Shown: positions 25,614 through 40,082 of the stretch, in pieces
Layout: each line of letters begins with the position of its first letter
Numbering within the stretch: the first letter of the stretch is position 1
DNA from: Hormiphora californensis
Taxonomy: Eukaryota; Animalia; Ctenophora
Reading direction: 5' to 3'
NCBI GenBank assembly: GCA_020137815.1
Contig: CM035362.1
Coordinates: 1,116,001 to 1,180,000 of the forward strand
DNA: 64,000 nucleotides
The notes under the pieces: model-generated
What the model saw: the letters and a program-made list of their open reading frames with translations, nothing else
Told to the model about the DNA's origin: nothing
Database searches by the model: none
Position numbers and translations under genes: made by a program

Positions 25614-25938
25614 GACAAAAGACAAAACAACGTAGCGATGTAATAACGACCGACTGAGAGAGAGAGTGCTGCAGTATCCGGTCCAACTTATTTTTACAGA
25701 ACATACATACCCCTAATAGTTCATTGAATGCACTTTACATAGGATTCAAAAGCTAAAATGTATAAGGCAGTTATCACAGCTGTACCCTAATTGTGGCTTC
25801 AAACAGGCATCACACGTATTTAGATATACAATAACAGGGGACCCCCAAGTTCCTCAACATAGGTAGATAACCATGACAAGCCTCCATTCATCCCTATAAT
25901 ATCATAGCTCCCCCCTATCCTACCCATTACTTGCCTGG

Positions 25939-28816
25939 CTAGACTGTGTTTCGGGCGCCCCGCACCTTTACAAATGTAGGGAGGGTTAGAACATAACAAC
26001 CCAATACACGTACCTCGGTTACTATTGAACTGCTCCGTAGCTTGTTTAGTCCGAGTTCTACCTGGTCACTCAGGCACACATCATCATTCTGCTGTAATCA
26101 GACACATGTTAATTAAATAATTGATTAATTAATTAACTAATTAATATTAATTAACTAACAAACATATGGTCTACACGATCTACTTACCATCTCTCCTATT
26201 TTCTTGAACAGCTAAAAAACAAACAAAATGTTAGTCAGATTCGAAACGCAGCAATAAAATGAACACAATTTGCCAAAATCTCTACAGAATGAGATCGTAA
26301 TAACTACTTTTTGAGAACTGAGAGCTGAAGCTTTACAAAATTAATACAAAAAGGACATCAGATACGATCATGTCAGTATGAGATATGTCAATAATTGCCT
26401 GATAGATTCTGTCTGTCAAGTTTGGAATGCAGTAGAACTATAATGGAACTACAGCTGCAGGAGCAGATCTCCAGTTGTAGGTCTTCTTTCAATATTTTCA
26501 CCGAACTTGTTGGAACTCTGCAGCTGACAGAGTTCGGCCAATCACTATGGGCCTCAATTCTCAAAGGGATAACCCTCATCATGACACTTACCTCCTTATT
26601 CTTCTCGAAATCTGGATCATCTTCGGGCGTCGGGCTTTTCTACAAGGGGATATGGAAGGATTAGATATAGATTGTGATAGAGGGAGTGATGGGAGACAGA
26701 AAAAGAGAGGGATATAGAAAGAGGTAGGTAGAAAGAGAGAGGTAGAACGAGGGAGATAAAGGGAGGTAGAGATAGTGAGAAATTGAAGCGACCTACTACT
26801 ACGACATTCAAAATAACCTGATAGTGACAGTACCTAGCGCTACTCAGATTTATCCGCTGAGTATTGACAACTTCTAAGCGATATAATATCGGGATGAACT
26901 ACATTATTAGTACGTACAGGGTGGTGATATACTATATATATAGGGGAAGGGTGGTGATATATATTGAAGTACTGACATATCATTACATGGACACCTATTT
27001 CAGTATTCCCTCCTAAACTTCACTAGAAGTAATATGTTGTACTAACTCATTTGGAAAGAACAATGAGTTTTCAAAAGAATGGAACTGGGAAAGAAGTAAG
27101 ATCGGAAAGTGAAGGAAGCAATGATTATCGAGGATAGTTAATTCCGATTTACATAATTAGGATATTTCTGGATTTCTCTTATAGTTTTCTCAACTCACAG
27201 AGAAAACGCATATAAATTCTAATTTTAACTTTTCTAATCTGAAGAATATTTCTCCTTCATTTTAATTTACTTCAGTTCTTTCCCTAATTAAGGTTCCCCG
27301 TTAAATGAAGCTAACTATATTCCTTTTCTGATTTAATTTCAAGTAACTTAATGAATGCAGGAACCAGAGAAGTAGCGTCACCATAAAATAGTGAAATGGA
27401 AGAAAGGTGATTAATTTAATGAAGGCTTGTGGGTTTCAAATGATTATATGGTGAAGAATAGGAAGACAAATTCACTCTCAATTCATATCCCATATCCTCG
27501 GTGTGATCATGAGGTAATATGTAGTTGTATTACTCTTAATATTCCAGTGATAAGACTGTTTAGTTTAGAATAGTCACTACTGAAAATTATGAAATTATAA
27601 AACTAAGTGCTTATAGAATTACCGTTTTGGAAGCATCATCTCCATCACCGTCTAGTGCCTCTTTGTTCTCAATCACCAACGCAGTAGGGGACTCACCGTT
27701 CCTGGGGGAAGACGGAGAAGTTAGAACAACACCCGGTATGCTGCATTATTGGGGTACATTATTGGGGTACCTTGTATGGTGGGATCAATTTGTCGCGGCA
27801 CAGAATTATAATATGCCAAAGGTAAATAGACTCCTTTTAAAGTAAAGAACGGGTAAAAAGAGTTCTAGAATTTGTAGACTAAACGCAGTATAGCCAGTAT
27901 AATAGCCAATACAACTAAATATATCCAATATAATATCGAACTATTCGACTGATTGATTCTACCGAATGTTTTCCGTAATTCCAAGCACTAAGGTACTCTG
28001 TGACGAGCAACACAGCCTCGGCAGTTCACACCAAATATACTCACACATTAGCTGGCGGCAAACTAGGAGAACAACTCACCCATTGGTTGGCGGCACACTA
28101 GGAGCTCCTCCCGTGGCTGAGGTAGGTGGGGCTGCAGCGTCCGACGTGACCATAACGTAAACTTTGTTTTGAGGCGTCGTACCTGCAGATCTACCTGTCG
28201 TCCTGTGGGAGGAGGAGGGTTAGAGACTGGGGGTTAGAGACCGGGGGGTTACAGACTGGGGGTTAGAGACTTGGTGTTAGAGAATGGGGGTTAGCGACTG
28301 GGGGGTTAGAGACCGGGGGGTTAGAGATCGGGGGTTAGAGACCGGGGGGTTAGAGACCGGGGGGTTAGAGACCGGGGGGTTAGAGACCGGGGGTTATCGA
28401 GAATGGGGTATCAAAGACAGCAGCTGGGTGAATGATTTGTGATTTTGTGAATACTATACTGTGCTGGTGTACTAGGGGAAATGAATGTTATTTCTTGGTA
28501 AAACTATTCGTACTTGACCCTTGCCTTGCTTCCACAATTTAAGTTTAACTGAGTCAATGTGTGAGAAGCTAGTGTAACAGAAACAAACAAATCGATCAAA
28601 AATACGATCTAGTAATATATTATTCACACTAATCCATTTCAATCTCGGACCGCTCTCTCAAATGGTTTCCTGATGCTCATTCTCTCTCTCTACCATAATA
28701 ATTTCTCTCTATGTCTCTATCATCCCCCCTTCCTGACAGCTGTTATCCATCGTCTCAAGAAGTACTCCAGTTTTGTAACCGCACTGCCTGTACTACAGCT
28801 TGACAGTAACTGGAGC

Positions 28817-28852
<36 letters not shown>

Positions 28853-28986
28853 ATAGAGAGAGAAAGAGAGAGAGAGAGAATAGAGAGATGAGAAAGAGTT
28901 GTAGAGAGAGATTAGAGTATCGATCTCGCTCGCTCTCTTCTCTCTCTCCAGCTCTCTGCTCTCTCTCCGCTCTTCTATCTCTCTCT

Positions 28987-29022
<36 letters not shown>

Positions 29023-29079
29023 CGCTCTTCTCTCCTCCCTCTCTCGCTCTCTCTCTCTCTCCCTCTCTCTCTCTCTGTC

Positions 29080-29141
<62 letters not shown>

Positions 29142-29150
29142 CTCTCCTCT

Positions 29151-29188
<38 letters not shown>

Positions 29189-30070
29189 GAGATAGATTGT
29201 GCGCTAGATCTATGTTTTTTGTAACTATATGTGGTTATATTATTATCCTACAACCGAAGAGCTCGAATATATAATAACGCCGGGGCCATACTGCATATAA
29301 TATGTCAAGCAAAGGATTTAGTTTGAGAGAAACCACACCTGGGTTTACTTCTAAATATGCATTAATCTCCCATATATTATATTGGAGGAAATATAGATCC
29401 TTCCTGCTTCCGGTTAACCGGGATCCAACTCTCTCTCACCGGGCTTTCACCTCTACCTTGCTTAGGCTTGCTTACGCATTAACTCTTTACGCATTAACCC
29501 TTTACCTAGTTTTTCTAAACGCTGGTTATTGTATGAACCAAGTAAAATGAATTATTACTCAACGTCAAAAAGAGTCTCAGTCGGTAACAAACTCAGTCTC
29601 AATATCAAGGAATACTAGATACCCCTCAACCCTATATTCAACAAAAAAGAGCAGGTATTTGTTATATTCTAAAGTCCTCGCGATACAGAGAGAGAAAGGG
29701 TCGAACAAGGCAAACAAAGTATACCATATGTTAGGGTAAATTATGTCGTCAAATACATTTCTCACGTTTAAGGAATACCGCATTTCTGCTCATGTGCAGT
29801 ATCTTGCGGCAACGATCACACCAAAGCCAATTAGTATAACTCATTATATATGGGCCCTATTCTCATGAGAATTATAGGGGCCCTATTCTCATGAGAATCG
29901 GGGACACCAAGACGACCTATGATTAAAATCGCTGTTTAGACGTACAGTCTAGTTGGAAACGATCATGTAAAGCTATTTAATGATTCAATTAGTTAGTGTA
30001 ATTACCTGATAATATCATCATGTGTAGTGGCTTGGTGGTCATGTGCTAACACAAAAACTGCTTTCCCCAT
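25939..30070 (-). CDS. Uncharacterised low-complexity (Pro/Ser/Thr-rich) multi-exon protein
   Basis: Phase-compatible exons 30070(or further upstream)-30006, 28202-28080, 27740-27623, 26639-26592, 26211-26188 (24-nt microexon), 26091-26014, 25965-25939. Translation MGKAVFVLAHDHQATTHDDIIRTTGRSAG...KSPTPEDDPDFEKNKE LFKKIGEM QNDDVCLSDQVELGLNKLRSSSIVTE VRGARNTV*. Start and last exon are uncertain. Confidence 0.6.
28216..28400. repeat. 15-16-bp minisatellite
   Basis: Unit GGGGTTAGAGACCGG, adjoining the acceptor at 28203. Confidence 0.9.
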
Positions 30071-30453
30071 AACCAGCCTGCCCCCGATCCTCGATCTATA
30101 CTCTGTGACAGTGGTGGTAGTCCCAACACAACTCTGAACTCTCCTAATCAACCCCCCACCACTGAGAGCTGGGTTAACGGAGGTGAAGGTGTTGAGGTTG
30201 TGGAAGGAGGGGGTCCGGTAGGGACGTGATCCGCGGAATGGGGTTACTGGTCTGGTAAAGGTATTTGGTTGTAGAAGTCGAGATGAGGAATCCTGCACTG
30301 CTTCCCTCTGTAGAGGTTTCCTCTTTACCCTTCTTGGTCATGACACAAGTGTTATCAAACTCGATAAGATACCGAGCAGTTTCTATCAAAGCAAGGAAGC
30401 AAGAGAATATATAATCACGGTTGCAAAACGGGGTAAGACACTTCACTTCTCTC

Positions 30454-30522
<69 letters not shown>

Positions 30523-30869
30523 CCTCTCTCTCTCTGCAATTCTCTATCGTCCCTTTCTCTACAACGCGTTACCCCGACTGGTTACTAACGGTTACCCAGT
30601 ACAAGGCATTTTATCCCTCTCTGCATATTAATGGTACTTTCCAGTATTTCTATGGAAGAAGTGGATATTGATATTTAATACAAAATGGTAACCATTATGA
30701 AATATAATATTATGGTGTCAAAATGGGACAGATCTGTCCCATTTTGACACCCTGTACGGTTTGGGCTTGTTGAACTCTCATTTGACAGAATGTTATTTCG
30801 ACATGGCACTAAATACGAATCATTGCTCCAATCCAAGCTTGCATAATTAGCCGTATTGTTAGACAACTA

Positions 30870-31756
30870 CAGGGGTGGGCATAAAAAATGTCCGCCCTAG
30901 ACTAGCATGGTTCCAGATATTGAAGAGCGCCAAAATTTGGCAGAGTTACTCTATGGGACAAATAAATAGGTTGACCAAAATTTCAGACTTTTAGCTCAAA
31001 GTTCATTTTTTTGATCGGAATGAACATTGTCATTCATTCCAAAAAACATAAATTTTTGGTCCAGAAGTCAAACAATTGTCTTTGGCTATCGCATTTCTTT
31101 CAAATGCGACCAAGAAAGTTAAAAACAGACAACCACAAAGCACACAGTGATCATGTTTCTGGCAGTTAGTCAGGTAATGTGATCTTCACCGAATCGTGGA
31201 CAACTTTCTGAATTGTTAATCATGCTTATTGGGGAAGAATCACGTATCATAGCCGCTAATGAGGTATGTGTATCGAAAAAGCGACATGTGATTCGAGAGC
31301 ACTGGGATAAAGAGGCCACTTGTTAATGAGCCTCGGATCTCATGGCCAATCATCTTCGTCATCCCTCATTAGCGGATATGATACGTGATTCTCCACCACT
31401 AATCCTGATTAGCAATTCAGAATAGTCCACGATTCGATGGGGATCACATGACCTGACTAACTGTCAGAAACATGACCTCTGTGTGCCTTGTGTTTGTCCG
31501 TTTTCGATTTTCTTGGTCGCATTTGAAAGAAATTCGATAGCCAAAGACAATTGTTTGACTTCTGGACCGAAAACTCATGTTTTTTTGGAATGACTGACAA
31601 TGTTCATTCCGATCAAAAAATGAACTTTGAGCTAAAAGTCTGAAATTTTGGTCAACCTACTTATTTGCTCCATAGAGTAACTCTGCCAAGTTTTAGCCCT
31701 CTACGATATCTGGAACTATGCTAGTCTAGGGCGGACATTTTTTATGCCCACCCCTG
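30870..31756. mobile_element. Tc1/mariner-type palindromic MITE (TA TSD)
   Basis: TA|CAGGGGTGGGCATAAAAAATG ... CATTTTTTATGCCCACCCCTG|TA; imperfect inverted arms of ~400 bp. Confidence 0.9.
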
Positions 31757-32777
31757 TATAAAATCGGTCTGTGAGAGGGTTTTGGGATTGCGATTGTTAT
31801 CACAGATACCCCAAATTGTAGCTGAGTCCAACTCTTACTCGTAGACTAACCAGAAACAGACCGATATTATATAAGCTACAGAGTGGGCCAAGGAAAGGGG
31901 CAAACAACTGATCGTTTAAAAGCTTAGGGTACAAAATGAGTTGATAGACCGTTGATAATTGGCAATTGGAAAACTTTAATATGTGTGTGTAACTATAGCG
32001 AGTTTAGTAGATTGATGACAAGATAGATATCCTGTCCCTTGGTCCGAGATCAACAGAGTGCTCTAGCACGGGGTTAGCCGGCGAGCAATTTATACAAACC
32101 TTAAAAACTGCTGTTGTTTTTAATTTGTATGTGTGTGTAACACATATACCAAATAATATAAAGTCTGTGTGTGCTGGTGATAATAAAGGATAAACAAAAA
32201 GGGGAGCACAGGTCGCTGTTGTTGATTGGTCTCTTTGTAAAGGACATAATATCTCTCTCCCTAACTACATCTATCTTACTCTCACTCACTCTTTGTCTAA
32301 CTGTCTCTCCCTTTCCCCTTATTACAAATGTATAATATATTTAGCAATTTATCTTTTAGCCTCTCATTGGTACACACCTTCATTCTTATCTTTTTGTCAT
32401 CTGCTGACAATATATATTGGGGTTGTAATTATGCTTGCAGGGGCTTGGTTTCACCACAGTGATCTGTGAGCTATACCCTCGTAGATAAATCTTTCCGAGA
32501 ATTCGAGGTGTACAAATGCTTCCCCGCTATAATATATTTTATTTTTTATTTCATCTGTCCCTATCTCTCCCCCTTTTAGCTGACACGAGAGGGAAGGTTG
32601 TATTTTACTTAGAGGCTTGGCCGAGAGGGGAGAGAAAGCAGAGGGAGAGAGAGAAGGGAAAGGAGGAGTTGTTGTCACTCGTCTCAACGCGGGCCCCAAC
32701 ACAATACACAGTGATTTGCATGTGCACGGGCATTGTCTTCAGTGGGATAGTGAGATGGAGAAAGAGGTAAGAGAGCT

Positions 32778-32904
<127 letters not shown>

Positions 32905-34859
32905 CATTTAAGAAGAAGAGCTGTTGTCACAAACCTCGTACCCCACAAAAAAGGTCTGGGATTAGTGCATAAATCTTATATATTAGTGAACGCGTCAAAT
33001 TTTCTGAATTTAAATATAATACGATACGAGGTAACCGAGGTCACTAAATCTCCCTCTCTCAGCGGAGTCAACCAGAATCTAAAAAATAGATAAGGTAAAG
33101 TATGACGACAAAAGATATTGCAGACTCAAAAGGTATTTCAACATCACGTTGTTGACTGGTACTTACCGAGCCCATGACATGACTTTCCGAAACTGATAAA
33201 GCAGTTTGCAACAAATCAACCACTGCACTATTCTATTGGTGATTTGTGTTTATCAATCCAAAGTGCGGTTGTAGAATATTTTATCTCAAACTAAATAATC
33301 ACAAAGCAAAGCTTTCAAAAAATGGTGCACTATTGTTAGTATGTAATGGTGAGTATTTATTATTTATTAGTGTGCAAGTTAACGCATCAAATGCATTTAA
33401 GTATAAATTGACACAGAGGAAACAATTCAAAGTGTTTTTTTAAATAAGGCCATGATGTAGGTGGTATAATCGACCATCCGGTAAGTGGTAACTAACTCAC
33501 GAGTTAAAACAGGCAAAGTATTCTAGTTCTAATAGTTATTCCTCTTGGTTATTCATAGGAATGTAAACTCTCCACCAAGTAATTATATTGGCAGAGGTAA
33601 TCGTTACTACACGGTACTACATGAATTGTAAATTCATACAACACCCAAGTGTGTGGGTGGAGGGAGGGTGGAACAAGGCAAGTGGAGGGGCATTGTCGGA
33701 CAAAATATAACGTAGCGGAGGATTGGGACTGAAAACTAGTACATACAGGATAACAAAATATAAACCTCGTTTACAAAAATAGAATGGAAACCTTAATGGG
33801 ATACAAACCTATCACAAGCTCGATAAAGCGGCATGTAGAAAGTGTACAGGAAATGAGATAGATATGAGTCTCAATTAATTGAGTACTACCCTGCTACCTC
33901 CCATAACAAGTAACTTAATAAGAGCTACGTGACAAAAAATGTGCACGAATTGTGCAGTCCATTCGTTTTACCAGGACTCGATTTACCGGGTGCAGGCCTT
34001 TCCCTGATAACCCGGTGAATCGAGTGTCTACTTTATTGTACTATTGTAGCTATCAGGCACAACAGTATTGATTAGCTAATTTCAGTTTAAATGTCGACGA
34101 TATTTGTAAACTGCAACTGCACTAATTGTAACTAATTGTGGGGGGAATACACGGTAGCATGCGAGAACCGCAACAATTCGTGCAATTATAAAACAACCAA
34201 ATTGAATAAAATGAGCTGTATGAAGGGCTGCAGGTTAACTAATTTGAGTTGATACAGCTATTTAACAAGGTTTGATGCTCGTGAATGAATTTAAACAGCA
34301 GCTACTTACGATTCACTTTGTGGATCAAGTTATGGTTCACTCATCACCCACTAGTTCATTGTATATCAGCTGATAGGCTTCTAACAGGAGGGATTTATAA
34401 TTAGGAATACAATATTCTTACAATTAGAGGTTCAAAATCATTTTGAACAGCGATCGAAAGGATAGATTCGGAAATTAAAAAGACATGAAAGATATCATAT
34501 GCTAGGTTAAAAAGACACAATGTGCAGCAGCAGCACAATTTAAGGAAATTTAGAGTCTGACGAGAATTAGAACGTATAGCAAGTGTAGTGGAGAAATGAC
34601 ATTAGCCTTTTCCAGTTAGATATTATTCAACCCAAAGTATAAGACGTGAAGTGCAAACGTAAGTCTAAATGGAATTTTCTGATTCCGTGATAAAAAATAG
34701 TTGTCCATCCGGATCCATCTAAATAGACTGCAAAGAGGGAGGGAATAGTATAACAGCTGTGTGTACAAGCACCCCCGTCTATCTAACGACTTGTCTTTCA
34801 CACTCGCCGAGTCTATGGATGCTCTCCCTCGCTTAGATAAGCTAGTGTGTGTATGGTGA

Positions 34860-34890
34860 GGGAGAGACAGAGAAAGGGAGAGAGCGAGAA

Positions 34891-34948
<58 letters not shown>

Positions 34949-35056
34949 CGGGGGTAAGCTTATAGAGATAGAAATGGATGGACAAAGATAGAGAGCAAGC
35001 GAAATAGAGGTAGCTAAACCAGAGTGTTAGCTCTCTTTCCCGTCGTAAGACAAAGT

Positions 35057-35130
<74 letters not shown>

Positions 35131-35157
35131 GAGAGAGAGAGAAAGAGAGAGAGAGAG

Positions 35158-35249
<92 letters not shown>
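34860..35249. repeat. (GA)n microsatellite cluster, representative of many in the window
   Basis: Other (GA/CT)n tracts at ~83-233, 1290-1545, 2460-2575, 14570-14625, 24337-24463, 28817-29185, 30450-30535, 32781-32900, 37811-37937, 39144-39226, 43277-43342, 48574-48671, 52162-52330. Confidence 0.97.
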
Positions 35250-35251
<2 letters not shown>

Positions 35252-37806
35252 TGTGTGTAGTTGTCAGATCAGAGGGAGCGCTGACCTATATTTTCAGGCA
35301 TTCTCATTGGCTCTTATCTTTTAGTTGGCTCTCTCTTATATCTTTATTCTCTCCATCTCTCTCGCTTTCTATCTTTTTTCCTATCCATCCCTCGCTCACT
35401 ATCTTTTTCTCCTCTACTCTGGCACGTGAGGGGGCCACGTGTCAAATGGTCCAGATCAGTCACAGGCTAGTGTATACGTCCTAGCTAAGCAACGACAAAA
35501 CATGAAGGACCGCGGATAATTGTTGCAATACTGTAGTGTGTATAATTTGGAAATGGACGTTGAAGTCAAATCGATTTGCTATGAGACATGAGAATTACTT
35601 CTTCAAATGGCGTAACATTTCAAAGAAGCTCAACCTCTCAGTTCTTACTCGGGTTAAATATCCTCGTATTCTACTCAACATCTATAATATTCCTCGCTGA
35701 TCCCAGTCAAATGCAGTATTACATTACAATATTGAAATCATTTTCCTAACTAACCTAAGATATGGCAAGGTAGAATCGGAAAACACCACGATTTGAGAAA
35801 CCTAAGTATACTTGTATTTTACAGTACTATACAAACCGAATGAAGAAAGGTGAGATGAAAGAAGCACATTTTCTTCACAGTCAAGTTCTATTGTCAACGT
35901 ATTTTCAAAAGAATGGAATTTTAATTAAACAGCTTTCCAACACGATCAAGGCAAATCTAAAGAACACAATGTGTTACCGACAGCCAAACAATGAATATAT
36001 TGTAACACGTGTCAAAACGATATGACTGAAAAACTGCATCAGGAACAAATCGTACTCTACTAATTTAAACTTTCTCTCTCACTCTCTCCCTCGCCTTTCT
36101 CTCTTTCATTCTCCCATGCCTTAATGAAGAATACGGCAATCTTAATCGGATCAATGCCTTGCCACAGCAGGAAGAAGGTGCCACATGAACTATGATGCAC
36201 ATGGAAGTCACATTTATATGTACATTACACTGAATTTTCAGCAAATAGGACCAGTCTGTAACTGTCCCAGATGAGATAGCGAGACGATAAATTTCAACCA
36301 CATTTCAAGTCGGATGAAAGAGAGCCACTCTAAACTGAAAGATGTTGCTGTACTGTCTGGTGTACAAACACATTGATCTGAGCGTGGTGTTGAGAATCAG
36401 AAGGGGGTCGCAAGGTTGCTTCACACAGGTACCATACAACACAACACAATGATGTGATGTATATTGTATATTCTAATTACACCATATCTCACTATGTAAA
36501 GTTGTGGGCGAGGGCCCTGCAGCGGGGCACTAGCTTGGCCAGATCAAGATATGAATATTAACGTTGTATCATGTTGTATCTCTAACAGAGGCTTGTTAGA
36601 TGGACCCAAATCAGCCGTGACTGTTATTAAAATAAGCTTCAATATATTCCATAGAGCACACAAGGATCATTAAGAAGAAGGGGCAAGGTTTTGAAAAGCT
36701 TATACGGCCACGGTTCGAAAGAATAGGCACGTTTTGAATGACAAAAAGATACCGAAAATATGGTATGAGGGAGTGCGGGGGTGGGAGAAAGAGATGGCCG
36801 AGAAAACATTCTGCTTTATAACAGCAGTATCTTCGTGAATAGTCATGTACAATAATGAAATGCACTTTATAACGTTCCGCGAATCTTTTTACTCTCTCAT
36901 GTTGTTCACTATCCTTAATGACAACCTCATTCAATGTATTTGCAGTTAATAGTTGATACGTCAATTTTTAATTTCATCGATTAGGAAAGCCATCATCATC
37001 ATCTTCAAAATTGAACGGGGACAGTATAAAAAATCCAAGATCAAAGACCGGAGAATCAGGAATGCGAAGTGAAAAATGTAAATAAAAACAATCCGACAGT
37101 CATATTTTGGCATACATACACTCGAATTTTAAACTAACAATCTTAGCTCAGCAACCCCTTTTTGACAAAAAAAAGGATCAAAACACAATCATACTAGAAG
37201 ACAGTAAATGTAATCGGACTCATCAGCTACACTAGCTACAAGGTGTTCGCTGCTTTCACAGTTTTTTATATGTTGGCCAATCTTTCCAAGACTTACATAC
37301 CAGTTTAGACTTTGCTACATTCTAAAGTCTCATTAGTTAGGTTCAGTCAAAAAGAGGACAGGTTTTCTCTTTATCAGGAAGGTTCATAACAATTTGTCGT
37401 ACATGAAATGACGTTGAAAACGCAAAACAGCTTAGAACAGCTTCGAACACACACACATGAAAGTATTGCGTCGAGTGAGTCTATGTGTGCTGCAGTGTGT
37501 GCACATGTTTGATGACTACCACGTGAATTATCAACATCCTGAGCTCTAAAACTGGAAAATAACCAAAGAAAATAATATATTTTGGATGTTTAGATAATAC
37601 ACAATAAACATATATCCGGACTATAATACCAACATTCCGTTTTATAAACTTTTAAGTTTTAATCTTTTAAGAGAGCCAATGCCTAATATGATGGAGATAA
37701 TAGATCATCTCATCCAGCCCCAACTGTTATAGCATCCAACACAATGAAATAGTTAGACACGTGTGGATAATAAACATGCGCCATATGCCATCTTCAGACA
37801 AAAAGG

Positions 37807-37940
<134 letters not shown>

Positions 37941-39136
37941 AGAGAGAGAACATATATATCCTGTATATATACAGAGGATGGAATGACAAAGAGAGACAAA
38001 AAGCTCCTATCGCGTTCTCACATTATATATAGCCTCAAACTAACGAATTATATAAGAATTATATGCATACCATATTACCAGTGTCAAGATACAGCGTGTC
38101 AGGATTCTTAGACCGTGTATCTATTGCATCTCAATAAGACTGTCCTCTCTGCCATGTGCAGCTGCATGAGTAAATCGAGCAGCGTGCGAGATGTTAGGTA
38201 AGTCAGAGATGTTACAGTCAGTTATACCGGACAATGTATCTAATACTGGAATTAACACAATACCGACAGCATAAGATGTACCTACATACGCATCGAATAG
38301 TTTTACCGAATACCGGGAACCACGATAGAGATATTGTCTGGTCGATGTATGGACAATGTCCATGTAGCTACAATGCTAAAATGCGTAACAGCTGTAGCCT
38401 GTATTTCTGATAACATGTAACTGATCATGACATTTGAATAAGCAAGAATAAGAGTAATTATTTCATAAATTTCACTTGATTAAGATGAATGTGAATAAGT
38501 TATAATTTGTGGTCGATATAATATCTCTAGTAATCTAGTATCGATTAATATATCGAGGGCAGTCACTGGTATATAATAGGATGTTCTCCAAGATATAGCA
38601 ATTGTGTCCTAGAACAATAGAAATTAGTGTTTAAAATATGGAACGGGTTGGATTTTCAAGGGTGTGGCTGAACGCATGACGTATCAGATGGATAATGGGC
38701 GCAAACCTAGTACAGATCAGAGTGCCACGTCAATATGGTCCAAGGAGCACAATGAAAAGTATGTTGTTGGGAGAGCGAGAGAAGACAACAGCTTAGCTCT
38801 CCATTTCCCCCTCTAACACACCTAGAAAAAGGTGATGTGATGTCTCTCCCTCGCTCTAGTATATCTTTCTCTCTCTTTCTTTCTCTCTCTCTTTCTTTCT
38901 TTCTCTCCCTCTCAGCCCTCTAAGACCGCACGTGCCCATCACGTAGAGCGAGACAGAAAAAGCGAAACAGAGACAGCGAGAATGGACAGAATAGATGTGA
39001 ATCTATAATCATGGCGAGTCTCCTTTCGTCCAATAAACATATATGAACTACAACAAGTATAGACTGTATGAGGCTGTATAAGAGTGAAATTTGGAGATGC
39101 AAAGTGGGGCGGGATACAGGCACAATGATCTGGTAG

Positions 39137-39230
<94 letters not shown>

Positions 39231-40082
39231 TAGTGGTTGGAGATAGAGGTGGGAGATAGATACTGGATAAAGAGTGGGAGGTGGGAGGGAGATAGAGAGG
39301 AATATCATTTACGAGAAGATGTACTCACCTCAATGAAATGGGGGTGCCACACATTTCTCGAGCCGAGTCCGATCTGAAAATGAAAATTGGATGAAATTTT
39401 ACGTAGGTACCGGCACTGGCTTGGTTACTTGGTCGACGATCAAAGGACATTTTATAATCCAACCATGGAAAATATTACACTATTACAGTGTTGGACAGTT
39501 CAATGTCTATCAATGAGTAGTGGAGAGAAGGGAAAGAATGTACAGTCGGACTTTACCGGGCAAAAGCATTTCCCCAGAGCGAGCATCCCAGTAAATCGGG
39601 GTCCCACTATATTTGGTGAGCACTGAGCAGTGAGTAGTGTGCCACATTTTGTACAATTAGTGAGTGGACAAAACGTCGATCTATTTTCGCCTCCAAGGGT
39701 CTCCCATCCCAGAAACACATCCGGTAGGAGGTGCTTGAGTCGCTTGACACTGTTTCCGTGCTCTGCACAAAAGTATGAACAATTCAAGGAGGTGCAACCT
39801 ATTCATTTCCGGATTTATTTTGTACCTGCATTTCTAGCGAAGGATGAAAACCCAAAACCATCTTAGGAAACAAGAGAATTAGAATCCTAGTAAAAGTAGA
39901 GCTAGAGTGCTGTATGCTCTAAGATCATATGCCTGCGGAAAACAGGGTGTATAAACATTGCGATTATTTGATTCATCCAGACCATTTACATCGCATTTAT
40001 ATTTACTTTTACATTTGAGAAAAAAAGGCTGATTTTCAGAATAAAGAATGGGTAACCCATGTTTGTAAAGGATCTAGTGACG

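Noticed and set aside
25939-26040. GRXCR-like VRGxxNxV motif
   Set aside because: It is followed by a stop, and no glutaredoxin-domain exons were found downstream.
30006-30070. SH3-like start (VLAHDHQATTHDDI)
   Set aside because: The next phase-compatible exon is low-complexity and lacks the remaining SH3 motifs.
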